NCBI GenBank assembly: GCA_963796455.1
Contig: CAWCLO010000003.1
Coordinates: 128,001-192,000, forward strand
Origin: Candidatus Sulfomarinibacteraceae bacterium
GTDB taxonomy: Bacteria > Acidobacteriota > Thermoanaerobaculia > Thermoanaerobaculales > Sulfomarinibacteraceae
Length of the DNA stretch: 64,000 bases
Reading direction: 5' to 3'
The position numbers and the translations under genes were made by a program. Below, one piece after another: positions 18,570-28,991 of this stretch (the first letter of the stretch is position 1; every line of letters begins with the position of its first letter). The notes beneath the pieces are model-generated. The model had not been told where the DNA came from and did no database searches. It saw only the letters and a program-made list of their open reading frames with translations.

Positions 18570-21500
18570 ATGACAAAACGACGTACCGTAATGATTGACG
18601 GCAATGAAGCGACCGCGTCGGTCGCGCACCGCATCAATGATGTCTGTGCGATCTACCCGATCACGCCCTCATCGAATATGGGTGAGTTCGCCGACGAGTG
18701 GTCGGCACAGGGCAAGACCAATATCTGGGGCATCGTCCCCGATGTCGTCGAGATGCAGTCCGAAGGTGGGGCTGCCGCGGCCGTCCACGGTTCCCTGCAG
18801 GCCGGAGCACTGACCACGACCTTTACCGCGTCACAGGGTCTGCTTCTGATGATTCCGAGCATGTACAAGATCGCCGGCGAACTGACATCGGCGGTCTTCC
18901 ACGTCTCGGCCCGAACTCTGGCGACCCACGCCCTTTCGATCTTTGGAGACCACTCCGACATCAACGCCGTCCGCCAGACGGGTTGGGGCCTGATGGCCTC
19001 CGGTTCGGTGCAAGAAGCACACGACATGGCGTGTATCACTCAGATGGCGACCCTCGCCAGCCGGATTCCCTTCGTTCATTTCTTCGATGGATTTCGGACC
19101 TCGCACGAGGTATCGAAAATCGAAATGCTCGAGGACGACGATCTGCGCGAACTGATCGACGACGACCTCATTCGGGCACACCGCGATCGGGCGCTCTCTC
19201 CGGACCGTCCGGTGGTTCGCGGCACCTCACAGAACCCCGACACCTTCTTCCAGGCCCGCGAGGCGATCAACCCCTTCTATGAGGCCTGCACCGGACACGT
19301 CATCGAAGCGATGGAGGCCTTTGCCAAGAGGATCGGTCGCGAGTACCACCTCTTCGACTATGTCGGCGCCCCGGATGCCGAACGCGTCGTGGTGATCATG
19401 GGCTCGGGTGCAGAAGCTGTCCACGAGATGGTCGATTGGATGAACGCCAAGGGCGAAAAGGTCGGTGTTCTCAAGGTCCGCCTCTATCGTCCGTTCTCGG
19501 CCGAGCATTTCCTCGCTGCGCTGCCGAAGACGACGAAGAAAATTGCCGTGATGGACCGCACCAAGGAGCCCGGCTGCCTCGGCGATCCCCTCTACCTCGA
19601 TGTCGTCACCGCCATGCACGAAGCTCGCACCATGGGCAAAAGCCCATTTGCATCAGAGCCGATCATCGTTGGCGGCCGCTACGGATTGTCGTCGAAAGAG
19701 TTCAACGACATGATGGTCAAATCGATCTTCGACAACCTCGGTACCGACGAGCCTCGCAATCATTTCACCATCGGTATCGTCGATGACATCAGCCACACCT
19801 CGCTGCCGATGGACGATGACTTCACCATTGCCGGCGACGACGTTTTCCGCGGGCTCTTCTACGGCCTCGGCTCTGACGGCACCGTCGGCGCCAACAAAAA
19901 CTCGATCAAGATCATCGGCGAAGAAACCGACAACTATGCCCAGGGCTATTTCGTCTATGACTCCAAAAAAGCGGGGGCGGTCACCGTTTCCCACCTCCGC
20001 TTCGGCCCCGAACCGATCCGTTCGTCCTATCTGATCCGCAAGGCCAAGTTTGTCGCCTGCCACCAGTGGGTGTTCATCGAGAAACTCGACATGCTCGCCT
20101 ACGCTCAACCGGGCGCGACCTTCCTGGTCAACTCGCCCTATGCGGCTGACGAAACCTGGGACCACTTCCCACGCGAGGTCCAGCAGGCAATCATCGATCT
20201 GGATCTCAAGGTCTACTGCATCGACGCCACCGAGGTCGCCCGCGAAACCGGAATGGGTCGCCGCACCAACACCATCATGCAGACCTGTTTCTTTGCCATC
20301 TCGGGCATCCTGCCCCGCGACGAGGCAATAGAAAAAATCAAGAACGCGATCAAGAAGACCTATGGCGCCAAGGGCGACGAGATCGTCCAGCTCAACTTCA
20401 ACGCGGTGGACGGCACGCTGGCCAACCTCCACGAGGTCAAGGTTCCGGACACGGTGAATGCGACCTTCACCCGGCCGCCCACCGTCTCGGATGAGGCACC
20501 CGATCTGGTCAAGAAGGTCACCGCATTGATGCTCGAGGGCAAGGGCGACCTCCTGCCCGTCTCGGCCTTCCCGCCCGATGGCACGTGGCCGCTTTCCACC
20601 ACCCAGTGGGAAAAACGCAACATTGCCATCGACATCCCGGTTTGGGATGAAGGGCTCTGCATCCAGTGCAACAAGTGCGCGTTGGTGTGCCCGCACGCGG
20701 CCATCCGCGCCAAGGTCTACGACCCGGCGGCCCTCGAGGGAGCACCGGATACCTTCAAGGCGGTCGACTACAAGGCCAAGGACTTTGCCGGCTCCAAATA
20801 CACCATCCAGATCGCACCCGAGGATTGCACCGGCTGCGAGCTCTGCGTTCGGGTCTGCCCGGCCAAAGACAAGTCGAATCCCAAACACAAGTCGCTCGAC
20901 ATGATGCCGCAGATGCCGCTCCGCGAACAGGAGCGCGAGAATTACGCCTTCTTCCTCGATCTGCCCGAGGTCGATCGCACCAAGGTCAAGCTCGACGTCA
21001 AGGGCGCACAGTTCCTGCAACCGCTCTTCGAGTACTCGGGCGCCTGCGAAGGCTGCGGCGAGACGCCCTACGTCAAACTGCTCACCCAGCTCTTCGGCGA
21101 CCGGCTCCTGATCGGCAACGCCACCGGCTGTTCCTCGATCTATGGCGGCAACCTGCCGACCACGCCGTATGCGGTGGACCAGAACGGGCGAGGCCCGGCC
21201 TGGAACAACTCCCTGTTCGAGGACGCCGCCGAGTTTTCGCTCGGTTTCCGGCTCGCCATCGACCAGACCGAGGTTGCCGCGCGGCGGCTGCTCAAGGACC
21301 AGGCCTCGGCGGTCGGCAGCGAGCTGGTTGACGAGATCCTCGTTGCCGATCAGCTCTCGGAAGAGGGGATCGCACAACAGAGGGAACGCATCGAAACACT
21401 GAAGAACAAGCTCAGCGGCATCGACAATGCTGGAGCAAACACCCTCGCACACATCGCCGACTACTTGGTTCGCAAGAGCGTCTGGGCGGTCGGCGGTGAC

Positions 21501-22148
21501 GGTTGGGCCTACGACATCGGATACGGCGGCCTCGACCACACCCTCGGCATCGGTCGCAACGTCAACCTCCTGGTGCTCGATACCGGCGTCTACTCGAATA
21601 CCGGCGGCCAGGCCTCGAAGGCGACGCCGCTCGGCGCCGTCGCCAAGTTCGCCATGGCGGGCAAGGGTATCCCCTCCAAGGACCTCGGGATGATGGCCAT
21701 GGCCTATGGTCATGTCTATGTGGCTTCAGTGGCCTTCGGCGCCAAGGACAGTCAAACCGTCCGCGCCTTCCTCGAAGCCGAGTCCTACGACGGCCCGTCG
21801 ATCATCATTGCCTACTCGCACTGCATCGCGCACGGCTACAACATGGCGGACAGCCTCGACCATCAGTTGATGGCGGTCGAAAGCGGCGCCTGGCCGATGT
21901 ACCGCTTCGATCCTCGCCGGACCGCGATGGGCGAGAACCCACTCAAGCTCGATTCGCGGGCGCCGAAAATCTCCTTTGAGGAGTACGCCCTCTCCGAGAC
22001 CCGGTTCCGGATGCTCATGAAGGTCAACCCCGAGCGCTCGAAGAGATTGCTCGAGGAAGCACAACGGGTCGTCCAGGCAAAATACGACATGTACAAACAA
22101 CTCGCCAACCTGCACTACGGCTCGAACGCCGATAGCGAAACGAATTGA
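18570..22148 (+). CDS. nifJ: Pyruvate:ferredoxin (flavodoxin) oxidoreductase
   Basis: IYPITPSS, EMQSEGGAA, two CxxCxxCxxxCP motifs, GGDGWAYDIG TPP motif; SD GGAGG. Confidence 0.98.
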   Translation: MTKRRTVMIDGNEATASVAHRINDVCAIYPITPSSNMGEFADEWSAQGKTNIWGIVPDVVEMQSEGGAAAAVHGSLQAGALTTTFTASQGLLLMIPSMYKIAGELTSAVFHVSARTLATHALSIFGDHSDINAVRQTGWGLMASGSVQEAHDMACITQMATLASRIPFVHFFDGFRTSHEVSKIEMLEDDDLRELIDDDLIRAHRDRALSPDRPVVRGTSQNPDTFFQAREAINPFYEACTGHVIEAMEAFAKRIGREYHLFDYVGAPDAERVVVIMGSGAEAVHEMVDWMNAKGEKVGVLKVRLYRPFSAEHFLAALPKTTKKIAVMDRTKEPGCLGDPLYLDVVTAMHEARTMGKSPFASEPIIVGGRYGLSSKEFNDMMVKSIFDNLGTDEPRNHFTIGIVDDISHTSLPMDDDFTIAGDDVFRGLFYGLGSDGTVGANKNSIKIIGEETDNYAQGYFVYDSKKAGAVTVSHLRFGPEPIRSSYLIRKAKFVACHQWVFIEKLDMLAYAQPGATFLVNSPYAADETWDHFPREVQQAIIDLDLKVYCIDATEVARETGMGRRTNTIMQTCFFAISGILPRDEAIEKIKNAIKKTYGAKGDEIVQLNFNAVDGTLANLHEVKVPDTVNATFTRPPTVSDEAPDLVKKVTALMLEGKGDLLPVSAFPPDGTWPLSTTQWEKRNIAIDIPVWDEGLCIQCNKCALVCPHAAIRAKVYDPAALEGAPDTFKAVDYKAKDFAGSKYTIQIAPEDCTGCELCVRVCPAKDKSNPKHKSLDMMPQMPLREQERENYAFFLDLPEVDRTKVKLDVKGAQFLQPLFEYSGACEGCGETPYVKLLTQLFGDRLLIGNATGCSSIYGGNLPTTPYAVDQNGRGPAWNNSLFEDAAEFSLGFRLAIDQTEVAARRLLKDQASAVGSELVDEILVADQLSEEGIAQQRERIETLKNKLSGIDNAGANTLAHIADYLVRKSVWAVGGDGWAYDIGYGGLDHTLGIGRNVNLLVLDTGVYSNTGGQASKATPLGAVAKFAMAGKGIPSKDLGMMAMAYGHVYVASVAFGAKDSQTVRAFLEAESYDGPSIIIAYSHCIAHGYNMADSLDHQLMAVESGAWPMYRFDPRRTAMGENPLKLDSRAPKISFEEYALSETRFRMLMKVNPERSKRLLEEAQRVVQAKYDMYKQLANLHYGSNADSETN

Positions 22149-22159
22149 GGGAGGGAGCT

Positions 22160-23149
22160 ATGGACCTCAAAACCAAATATCTCGGACTCGAGCTCGCCAA
22201 CCCGATCGTCAGCGGTTCATGCCCTCTCGGCGCCAGCCTCGACACGATCCGTCATCTCGAAGATGCCGGCGCGGCCGCGATCGTCCTGCCGTCGCTCTTC
22301 GAGGAAGAAATCATGGGCGCCGTCCAGGCGCAGATGGAAATGGAATCGGCCGGAGCCGGTTTTGCCGAGGCGTCGTCCTACATGCCCAATCCGGAGGGAT
22401 ACCACGTCGGACCCGACAAGTATCTCGACCATCTCCGGGCTGCGAAGGAAGCGGTTTCGATCCCGATCATCGCCTCCCTCAACGGTTCCTCGGCGGGCGG
22501 CTGGACAAACTACGCCCAGAAGATGGAACAGGCGGGTGCGGATGCCATCGAGCTCAACACCTACTACCTCGCCACAAAGGCCGATGAGGACGGCGCCAGT
22601 GTTGAACAGCGCACCCTCGACATCGTCGCCGATGTGGCCAAGGCGGTGAAGATTCCGGTGGCCATCAAGCTGTCGCCGTTTTTCTCGTCGCTGGCGAATC
22701 TTGCCAAGAAGATCGAAGCGAATGGCGCCAAGGGTCTGGTCATTTTCAACCGCTTCTATCAGCCCGATCTCGACATCGAAGAACTCGATGTGGTGCCGAA
22801 CCTGCGCCTCTCTTCCGCCGACGAACTGCGGATGCGGCTGCGCTGGCTGGCGATCCTCTCGTGCCAGACCGAGATGTCGCTCGCCGCGACCGGTGGCGCC
22901 CACAACGCGGTGGATGTCATCAAGGCCGTGATGACCGGCGCCCATTCGGTGCAGATGGTCTCGGCGCTCTTGATTCACGGTCCCGAACACATCAAACGCA
23001 CCCTCGAGGCAATCGATTTCTGGCTGACCGAACACGAGTATGAGTCCCTCGCCCAGATGCAGGGATCGATGAACATGGCCAAAGTCCCGGATGCCGCCAA
23101 GCTGACCCGCGCCAACTACATGAAAATGCTGGACAGCTGGCAGCAGTGA
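22160..23149 (+). CDS. Dihydroorotate dehydrogenase-like flavoprotein (nifJ-associated type)
   Basis: MDLKTKYLGLELANP, SLFEE, IASLNG, AIKLSPFFS, FNRFYQPD, LAATGG. Confidence 0.9.
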   Translation: MDLKTKYLGLELANPIVSGSCPLGASLDTIRHLEDAGAAAIVLPSLFEEEIMGAVQAQMEMESAGAGFAEASSYMPNPEGYHVGPDKYLDHLRAAKEAVSIPIIASLNGSSAGGWTNYAQKMEQAGADAIELNTYYLATKADEDGASVEQRTLDIVADVAKAVKIPVAIKLSPFFSSLANLAKKIEANGAKGLVIFNRFYQPDLDIEELDVVPNLRLSSADELRMRLRWLAILSCQTEMSLAATGGAHNAVDVIKAVMTGAHSVQMVSALLIHGPEHIKRTLEAIDFWLTEHEYESLAQMQGSMNMAKVPDAAKLTRANYMKMLDSWQQ

Positions 23150-23170
23150 CGCACTTCCAGCTGAGTGATC

Positions 23171-23198
23171 AGGGGCGGCTTCGGCCGCCCCTTTTTTG
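23171..23198 (+). terminator. Rho-independent terminator
   Basis: GGGGCGGC-TTCG-GCCGCCCC followed by a T-run. Confidence 0.9.
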
Positions 23199-23998
23199 AT
23201 ACTCGATGCTGGATCACTCTTGTCCAAGACAGAGTCTCAGACAGCGACCGGGGACAGGGACGGGTAACGGCGGACAGCGTCAGCGAACGGTTGTCAGGGT
23301 CAGCGATCAGCTATCAAAAGCAGCGACCGGTAACGGCGCTCACATTTTCGGGTTCAAGAGCCGCCAGGTCATCGCTCGGACCTGATCGAACGCCTTCATC
23401 GCGTCAAGGGCTGCTGTTCGGCTGATTGCCCCGGCGTGGGCGAGGAGCATTAAGTGGCTGTCGACCTCTTTGGCCGAGGCGTAGGCGATTCTCCAGTGGT
23501 TCAACCGGTCTCTACCGAATCGGCCGTGCCCTTCGGCCATGTTCGCAGGGACCGAACTTACCGACCGGATCACCTGATCGGCTATGGACTTCAGTGGAGC
23601 TGGAACCCTCATCACAAGCTTGATCGCGATTCCTGCTGCTTCGAGGGCTTTCGAGTGGGCAACGAGGTTGGTGTTCGGGACGGCGTTGGACATGGTCACC
23701 TCCGGGTCGTTCATGCCCATACCCACAAGCCGGTGTGGCGGCCGATGTCAAGGATGCCCTGCACCCTGCCTGTCCTTGACATCGGCTGCCCACCGGCTAT
23801 CCCTTCTGATGAACGACCCGGGGGTGAGCACTACGCCGCAGGAACTCCAGACTACTGCCGCTGCTCTCCGTCGCTGAACACTGATCGCTGCCCCTGATCA
23901 CTGATTGCTGACCGCTGTTCCCTGTCCCTGTCGCTGCCACTGCAATTCCGGCACAGGCGCGGGGGAACCGTGAATCGAGCACCTAGTATTGAATATCC
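23198..23998 (-). mobile_element. Family 1 element copy C carrying an intact four-helix-bundle gene
   Basis: End motif ACTCTTGTCCAAGACAGAGTCTC at ~23216; repeat arms; leader hairpin 23693-23830; right end CTGCAATTCCGGCAC. Confidence 0.75.
23340..23693 (-). CDS. Four-helix-bundle protein (23S rRNA IVP / Avd-like family), 117 aa
   Basis: ADQVIRSVSSVPANMAEGHGR...RIAYASAKEVDSHL family-type signature; SD GGAGGTG just upstream of the ATG. Confidence 0.9.
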   Translation of the reverse strand: MSNAVPNTNLVAHSKALEAAGIAIKLVMRVPAPLKSIADQVIRSVSSVPANMAEGHGRFGRDRLNHWRIAYASAKEVDSHLMLLAHAGAISRTAALDAMKAFDQVRAMTWRLLNPKM

Positions 23999-24055
23999 CT
24001 TCTCGCTCGCCGCCTCCTGGCTGTGTATTGGTATTCTCCTGCAAGGGGGCAACGA

Positions 24056-25456
24056 TTGACCACTCGCGACTATTCTGCACTGCTTGCCGAACTGGCTGAC
24101 GAATTGAGGGCTCATTCGCCACGATCCGCGGCAATTCACGAGGCGGCACAGCAGCACATGATCGACGGCGGCAGCCACACCATCAGGCTCTCACAACCGT
24201 TTCCGCCCCGGATCGTCTCCGCACGAGGGGGCTGGTTAACGGATGAAGACGGACACCGGATCCTCGATCTGTGGCAGGGGCACCTGGCAAATGTCCTCGG
24301 GCACAACCCCGAGGTCGTCACCAGAAATCTGGCGGTCGCCTTTGCCGACGGCTTCGGGCTCCAGACCGGCATGGCCGATCGGCTCCAGGTCGAGGTCGCC
24401 GAGATCCTGTGCCGGCAAACCGGCGCCGAACGGGTCCGACTGACCACCTCCGGCACATTGGCCAACATGTACGCGGTCATCCTGGCCCGTGCATTCACCG
24501 GTCGCAGCAAGGTACTGAAGGTGGGCGGCGGTTGGCACGGCGGGCAACCCTGGTCCCTCAAGGGCTCGTTCTTCGACGCCCGTCAAGGTTCAGGTTTTGG
24601 AAGTATCGATTCGGAGGGATTGCCATCCTCCCTGACCGACGAAGTGATCGTCACGGGCTTCAACGATCCGCAACGGCTTCAGGACGATTTTGATCTTTGG
24701 GGAAACCAGATCGCATGCTTCGTCGTGGAGCCCCTGATCGGTGCCGGGGGTCTGATCCCGGCAAATGGTGAGTACCTGAACCTGGCCCGCGATCTCACCC
24801 AGCATCACGGAGCGCTACTGATTTTCGACGAGGTCATCAACGGATTCCGGTTTCACGCCGGCAATCTCGGGGCCTTGTACGGGATCGATCCCGATCTCAC
24901 GGTCTACGGCAAGGCAATCGGCGGTGGCATGCCGGTGGCCGCGGTGGCCGGAAGAGGCACGATCATGGACCAGGCCGGGCGGTCGCAGGGATGCAGGGTC
25001 TTCTTTTCCGGCGGCACCTACTGCGCCCACCCATCGTCAATGCTTGCGGCCAAGACCTACATGGGCCACCTCATCGAGCATGAGGCCGAAATCTACCCGA
25101 AGCTCGGGCGTCTTGGAGAGGGCATGCGATCCGCGATGGTGAAAGCCTTTGAAGACGAGGGCATCCCGACCCAAGCCACCGGTGCGAGCGGAGACCTTCC
25201 CTTCGGCAGTTCCTTGGGAATGATTCATTTCCCATACGACGAGTCCGCCGGGTTCGACACACCGGAGGCGTTGTTTGATCCCGCTCGCTCTGATGTCGCA
25301 CTCCGTGACATGGTGCTCGGCCCCGCCCTGCTCCTGGAAAACGTGAACCTCTTGGTCGGCCACGGAGCAGTTTCGACCGCCCATACTGACGAGGATATGG
25401 TCCTCCTCGAGGAGGCCTGCCGCAGCGTTGCCCGGCGTGTCAGGGTTTACCGCTGA
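24056..25456 (+). CDS. Class III PLP aminotransferase (glutamate-1-semialdehyde aminomutase-like)
   Basis: LGHNP, TTSGT, GGWHG, LIFDEVINGFR, YGKAIGGGMP, GGTY. Confidence 0.88.
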   Translation: MTTRDYSALLAELADELRAHSPRSAAIHEAAQQHMIDGGSHTIRLSQPFPPRIVSARGGWLTDEDGHRILDLWQGHLANVLGHNPEVVTRNLAVAFADGFGLQTGMADRLQVEVAEILCRQTGAERVRLTTSGTLANMYAVILARAFTGRSKVLKVGGGWHGGQPWSLKGSFFDARQGSGFGSIDSEGLPSSLTDEVIVTGFNDPQRLQDDFDLWGNQIACFVVEPLIGAGGLIPANGEYLNLARDLTQHHGALLIFDEVINGFRFHAGNLGALYGIDPDLTVYGKAIGGGMPVAAVAGRGTIMDQAGRSQGCRVFFSGGTYCAHPSSMLAAKTYMGHLIEHEAEIYPKLGRLGEGMRSAMVKAFEDEGIPTQATGASGDLPFGSSLGMIHFPYDESAGFDTPEALFDPARSDVALRDMVLGPALLLENVNLLVGHGAVSTAHTDEDMVLLEEACRSVARRVRVYR

Positions 25457-25527
25457 CGTCATTTCAGGATATGTGGAGTGGTGCCAGATGCTGCAGATCA
25501 TCACTCCGACATCGGGGCGCACGAGAC

Positions 25528-25608
25528 GGAGAATCCGCAGATCACGCAGATGAACACAGATCAATTCGGGCTCGACATTCTGCGCCTATCTGCGGTATCT
25601 GCGGTTTT
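25528..25608. repeat. Minimal inverted 9-mer cassette (family 2 arms)
   Basis: GGAGAATCCGCAGATCACGCAGATGAACACAGAT ... ATCTGCGGTATCTGCGGTTTT between convergent genes. Confidence 0.8.
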
Positions 25609-25638
25609 GAGAAGGGTTCGGGAGGGTGACAGGGAGGG

Positions 25639-28251
25639 TCAGAGCCTCGAGCGGACCTCGGCCAGGATGGCTTCAAAAGCGGGATCACCGAGCAACAGAT
25701 CGAAATCGTCATCCTCGAAAATCCGTTGGTTGGCCCAACCGACATCGAGGGCGCGATGCAGGGTGGAGACGGCGCCGTCACCGTCACCACTGAGAGCCTG
25801 AATACAGGCCTGGTCGTAGAGGTTCCAACCAGCAGAGGGATGGTTGGATCCAAATATCTCGTTACGAATGGCAAGCGCCCGTCGGTACCATTGCAGCGCC
25901 TCGGCGTACTCCTGCTGCTGGTAGTAGTGAAATCCGAACAACTCGATGGTCCGAACCACACCCAGGTGTTTTGATCCGTGGGCCTTCTCGGCGATTTGTA
26001 GCGTCCGGTCGAGTGCCGCGCGGGCACCCTCCGAATCCCCCTGGTTGACCAAGCACAACGCATACGGCCCCAGGGTCCAGATGAGGTCGGGGTGGTCGGG
26101 ACCCAGGGAGCGCTCTCCGATCGCGAGAGCGCGCGCGAATTTCTGATTGGCTTCTGCAAGATTCCGTTTTCGTCGATCGAGTTCCGCCAAAAGGGTGAGT
26201 GGCGACATCAAATTGGGGTGATCGGGGCCGAGGGCTCGTTCCTGGATCTCGAGCGAGCGTTCAAGCTGGGTTCGTGCCTGATCGAGACGGATCGTTTCCA
26301 TATAACAACGACCGAGGGCAGCGTGGAGCCCGCCGACCGTTGGATGGTCGGGACCGTATCTCCCCTCATAGAGCTCCAAAGATCTCACGATGATCTGTTC
26401 TGCGGCGTCGTAGTCCGCCAAATCCATCAGCATGCCGGCGTACGGCCAGGCAGTGTGAACGACTATCGGGTCGTTCTCCATGCCTGCTTCGCGGAGAATG
26501 TCCATCGAGCGCTCGAAGGCCGTACGGGCAGAGCCATATTCACCGATACGTAGACAGGCGCTCCCAACGAAACCGAGACTCGAAGCCACCGCCCAGTGGT
26601 CGGGGCCCAGGGATTGTTCGTAGACAGTCGCGGCCCGTTCGAAGAGGGAACGCGCCGCCTCGTAATCTGCAGCCCAGTATTCGAGCCAACCGAGAGAAAC
26701 GCAACTTTCCGCCACCTCCGAGTGGGTGGGGCCCAGGTGCTCCTCACGGAGGGAAAGTGCGTCCTCGAGCAGAGGCCTGGCCTCTTCGTACCGGCCCATG
26801 TTTCGGTATGCATTGCCGACAGTCCCCAGCAATTGCGCTCGCATCAACGGTTGGTCTGTGAGTTCGTCCTGAATCCGCTCAACACCCCGGTCGAGCATCG
26901 CGGTGGTCGACGGGACCTGTCCCAGCTGGAACTCAGGATCGAAATCCGCAAACATTCCAACCAGCATTTCCGAGACCTTGCTTGCCGTCTCCGCCTCGCG
27001 CTGCGCTCTCACCAGACCGAAGGAGGTACCGATGACCCCCGCCACCAGGGCGAATGCAACGACAGCGCCGGCCGCCACCCCGACGCGATGGCGGCTGACG
27101 AATTTGCGCAGTCGGTACCACGAGCTCGGGGGGCTCGCCTCCACCGGTTCGTCACGCAGATACCGGCCGACGTCGGCCGCCAAACTGGATGGCGAGGCGT
27201 AACGACGCGTGCGGTCTTTCTCCAGGGCTTTCATGACGATCCAATCGAGGTCGCCACGGAGGGTCCGGGCCAGACCCTGGATGTCGGTTCGACGTCGCTC
27301 CGCCGCCAACTGTGAAGCGTTTCCGAGGCTCGTGACGCGGGTGCTCGGTCGCGGCGGTTCTTCTTCACGGATGCGCCGCCGCATCTCGTCAAAACCGGCC
27401 GTTCGGAGTTCTTCACCATCAAATGGCTGGCTCCCGGCGAGCAACTCGTAGAGGACGACGCCCAGCGAATAGACATCCGATCGGGTGTCCACATCGAGGC
27501 TCGTGAGATCGGCCTGCTCAGGGCTCATGTACTCCGGAGTCCCGATCCATTGCCCGAGTTCGGTGAAGAGTGTCCTCTCGGTGAGCCGCTGCGAAGTCGC
27601 CTTGGCGACGCCGAAATCAATGATTTTCGGAACCGCTCGGCCATCATCGACCGCCACCAGAATGTTCGAGGGCTTGATGTCTCGGTGGATCACTCCCTTC
27701 TGGTGGGCGTGCTGTACTCCATCACAGACCTGACAAAAAAGATCCAGCCGCCGTCGCATGTCGAGCCGATTGGTATCGCAGAAGCTCGTGATGGGCACGC
27801 CCTTGACGAACTCCATGGCAAAGAACGGACGGCCCTCATCGGAGGACCCCGCCTCGAAGGCCTTGGCGATATTCGGATGGTTCATCAGAACCAGCGCTTG
27901 GCGTTCCGACTCGAATCGGGCCAGTACCTCCTTGGTGTCCATCCCCCACTTGATGAGCTTGAGGGCGACCCGCCGCCTGACCGGTTGCTGTTGCTCGGCC
28001 TCCCAGACTTCTCCCATTCCGCCTTCACCGATTTTTTGCAGCAAGCGGTACGATCCAAGGATCGCCGGTGGAATCGGATCGGTCTCGGAAAAACTCGAGT
28101 CGTCAACGGCCAGCAATGCCTCGATTTCTTCCCTGAGAGCGTCATCTCCGGAGCACATCTCTTCGAGCCGGGCCGAGCGATCCTCGGTAGGGTGCTCACA
28201 CAACTCGAGGAACATCTTCTTGACCAGGGCGTGTCGTTCAGAGGAAGTCAC
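25639..28251 (-). CDS. Hanks-type Ser/Thr kinase with TM segment and TPR repeats
   Basis: IGEGGMGEVW, VALK, HRDIKPSN, DFG, GTPEYMSPEQ; repeated LGPDHP TPRs. Confidence 0.95.
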   Translation of the reverse strand: MTSSERHALVKKMFLELCEHPTEDRSARLEEMCSGDDALREEIEALLAVDDSSFSETDPIPPAILGSYRLLQKIGEGGMGEVWEAEQQQPVRRRVALKLIKWGMDTKEVLARFESERQALVLMNHPNIAKAFEAGSSDEGRPFFAMEFVKGVPITSFCDTNRLDMRRRLDLFCQVCDGVQHAHQKGVIHRDIKPSNILVAVDDGRAVPKIIDFGVAKATSQRLTERTLFTELGQWIGTPEYMSPEQADLTSLDVDTRSDVYSLGVVLYELLAGSQPFDGEELRTAGFDEMRRRIREEEPPRPSTRVTSLGNASQLAAERRRTDIQGLARTLRGDLDWIVMKALEKDRTRRYASPSSLAADVGRYLRDEPVEASPPSSWYRLRKFVSRHRVGVAAGAVVAFALVAGVIGTSFGLVRAQREAETASKVSEMLVGMFADFDPEFQLGQVPSTTAMLDRGVERIQDELTDQPLMRAQLLGTVGNAYRNMGRYEEARPLLEDALSLREEHLGPTHSEVAESCVSLGWLEYWAADYEAARSLFERAATVYEQSLGPDHWAVASSLGFVGSACLRIGEYGSARTAFERSMDILREAGMENDPIVVHTAWPYAGMLMDLADYDAAEQIIVRSLELYEGRYGPDHPTVGGLHAALGRCYMETIRLDQARTQLERSLEIQERALGPDHPNLMSPLTLLAELDRRKRNLAEANQKFARALAIGERSLGPDHPDLIWTLGPYALCLVNQGDSEGARAALDRTLQIAEKAHGSKHLGVVRTIELFGFHYYQQQEYAEALQWYRRALAIRNEIFGSNHPSAGWNLYDQACIQALSGDGDGAVSTLHRALDVGWANQRIFEDDDFDLLLGDPAFEAILAEVRSRL

Positions 28252-28847
28252 GATCGATCCCCGCTGCCGGAGAGTTCGAGCTTGAGCCAGGCCTGGGCAT
28301 GGCGCCAGTCATACTCGACGGTTCGAATGGAAACTCCGAGCACCTCGGCCACCTGATCGACCGTGAGACCGCCAAAAAAGCGCAGCGTGACCACTTTGGC
28401 TTCACGCTCATCGAGTTCAGCCAGACGCTCGAGAGCCGCGTTGAGATCGAGCAGGCTCTCCGGCTCGAGACTGCCGCCGGCAAATTCGTCAAAGGCGCCC
28501 GACAGGGTCACGCTCTGCCACCCTGCGCCACGTTTGATCGCACCGCGTTCGCGGGCGTGATCCACCAACAGGCGTCGCATGACCCGCGCCCCGACGGCAA
28601 AGAAATGGGTTCGGCCCTTCCAATCGGCCCGGGTCTGATCGACAAGTTTGAGATAGGCCTCGTGGACCAGCGCGGTCGGTTGCAGGGTGTGCCCGGGGGT
28701 CTCACGGCTCATATAGCCCCTGGCAAGGCGGCGCAACTCGTCATAGACCACGGGAAAGAGCTTCTCTGACGATGCCGAACCATCGCCGTCCCCCCGACTG
28801 AGCCGGCAGACGATCTCCGTCACGCTGGCTTTTGGGTCGACCGTCAT
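28248..28847 (-). CDS. ECF sigma factor (kinase-associated type)
   Basis: VYDELRRLA, HTLQPTALVHEAYLKL, MRRLLVDHAR, LRFFGGL; overlaps the kinase start. Confidence 0.93.
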   Translation of the reverse strand: MTVDPKASVTEIVCRLSRGDGDGSASSEKLFPVVYDELRRLARGYMSRETPGHTLQPTALVHEAYLKLVDQTRADWKGRTHFFAVGARVMRRLLVDHARERGAIKRGAGWQSVTLSGAFDEFAGGSLEPESLLDLNAALERLAELDEREAKVVTLRFFGGLTVDQVAEVLGVSIRTVEYDWRHAQAWLKLELSGSGDRS

Positions 28848-28991
28848 CAGATGTTGCTCCAGACCCGCACATTCTATGGGAATCACCGCACTCGTCCCAC
28901 CATAGCCCACTCAGAAGTACGCGGAGAAAACCGGCACGTTGCAATTTGCAGGGTTTTTCTCGAATTTCCGCGTTAATCAGTGGAGGTGCTC

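Noticed and set aside
23340..23693. Four-helix genes as rRNA intervening sequences
   Set aside because: No rRNA sequence flanks any copy
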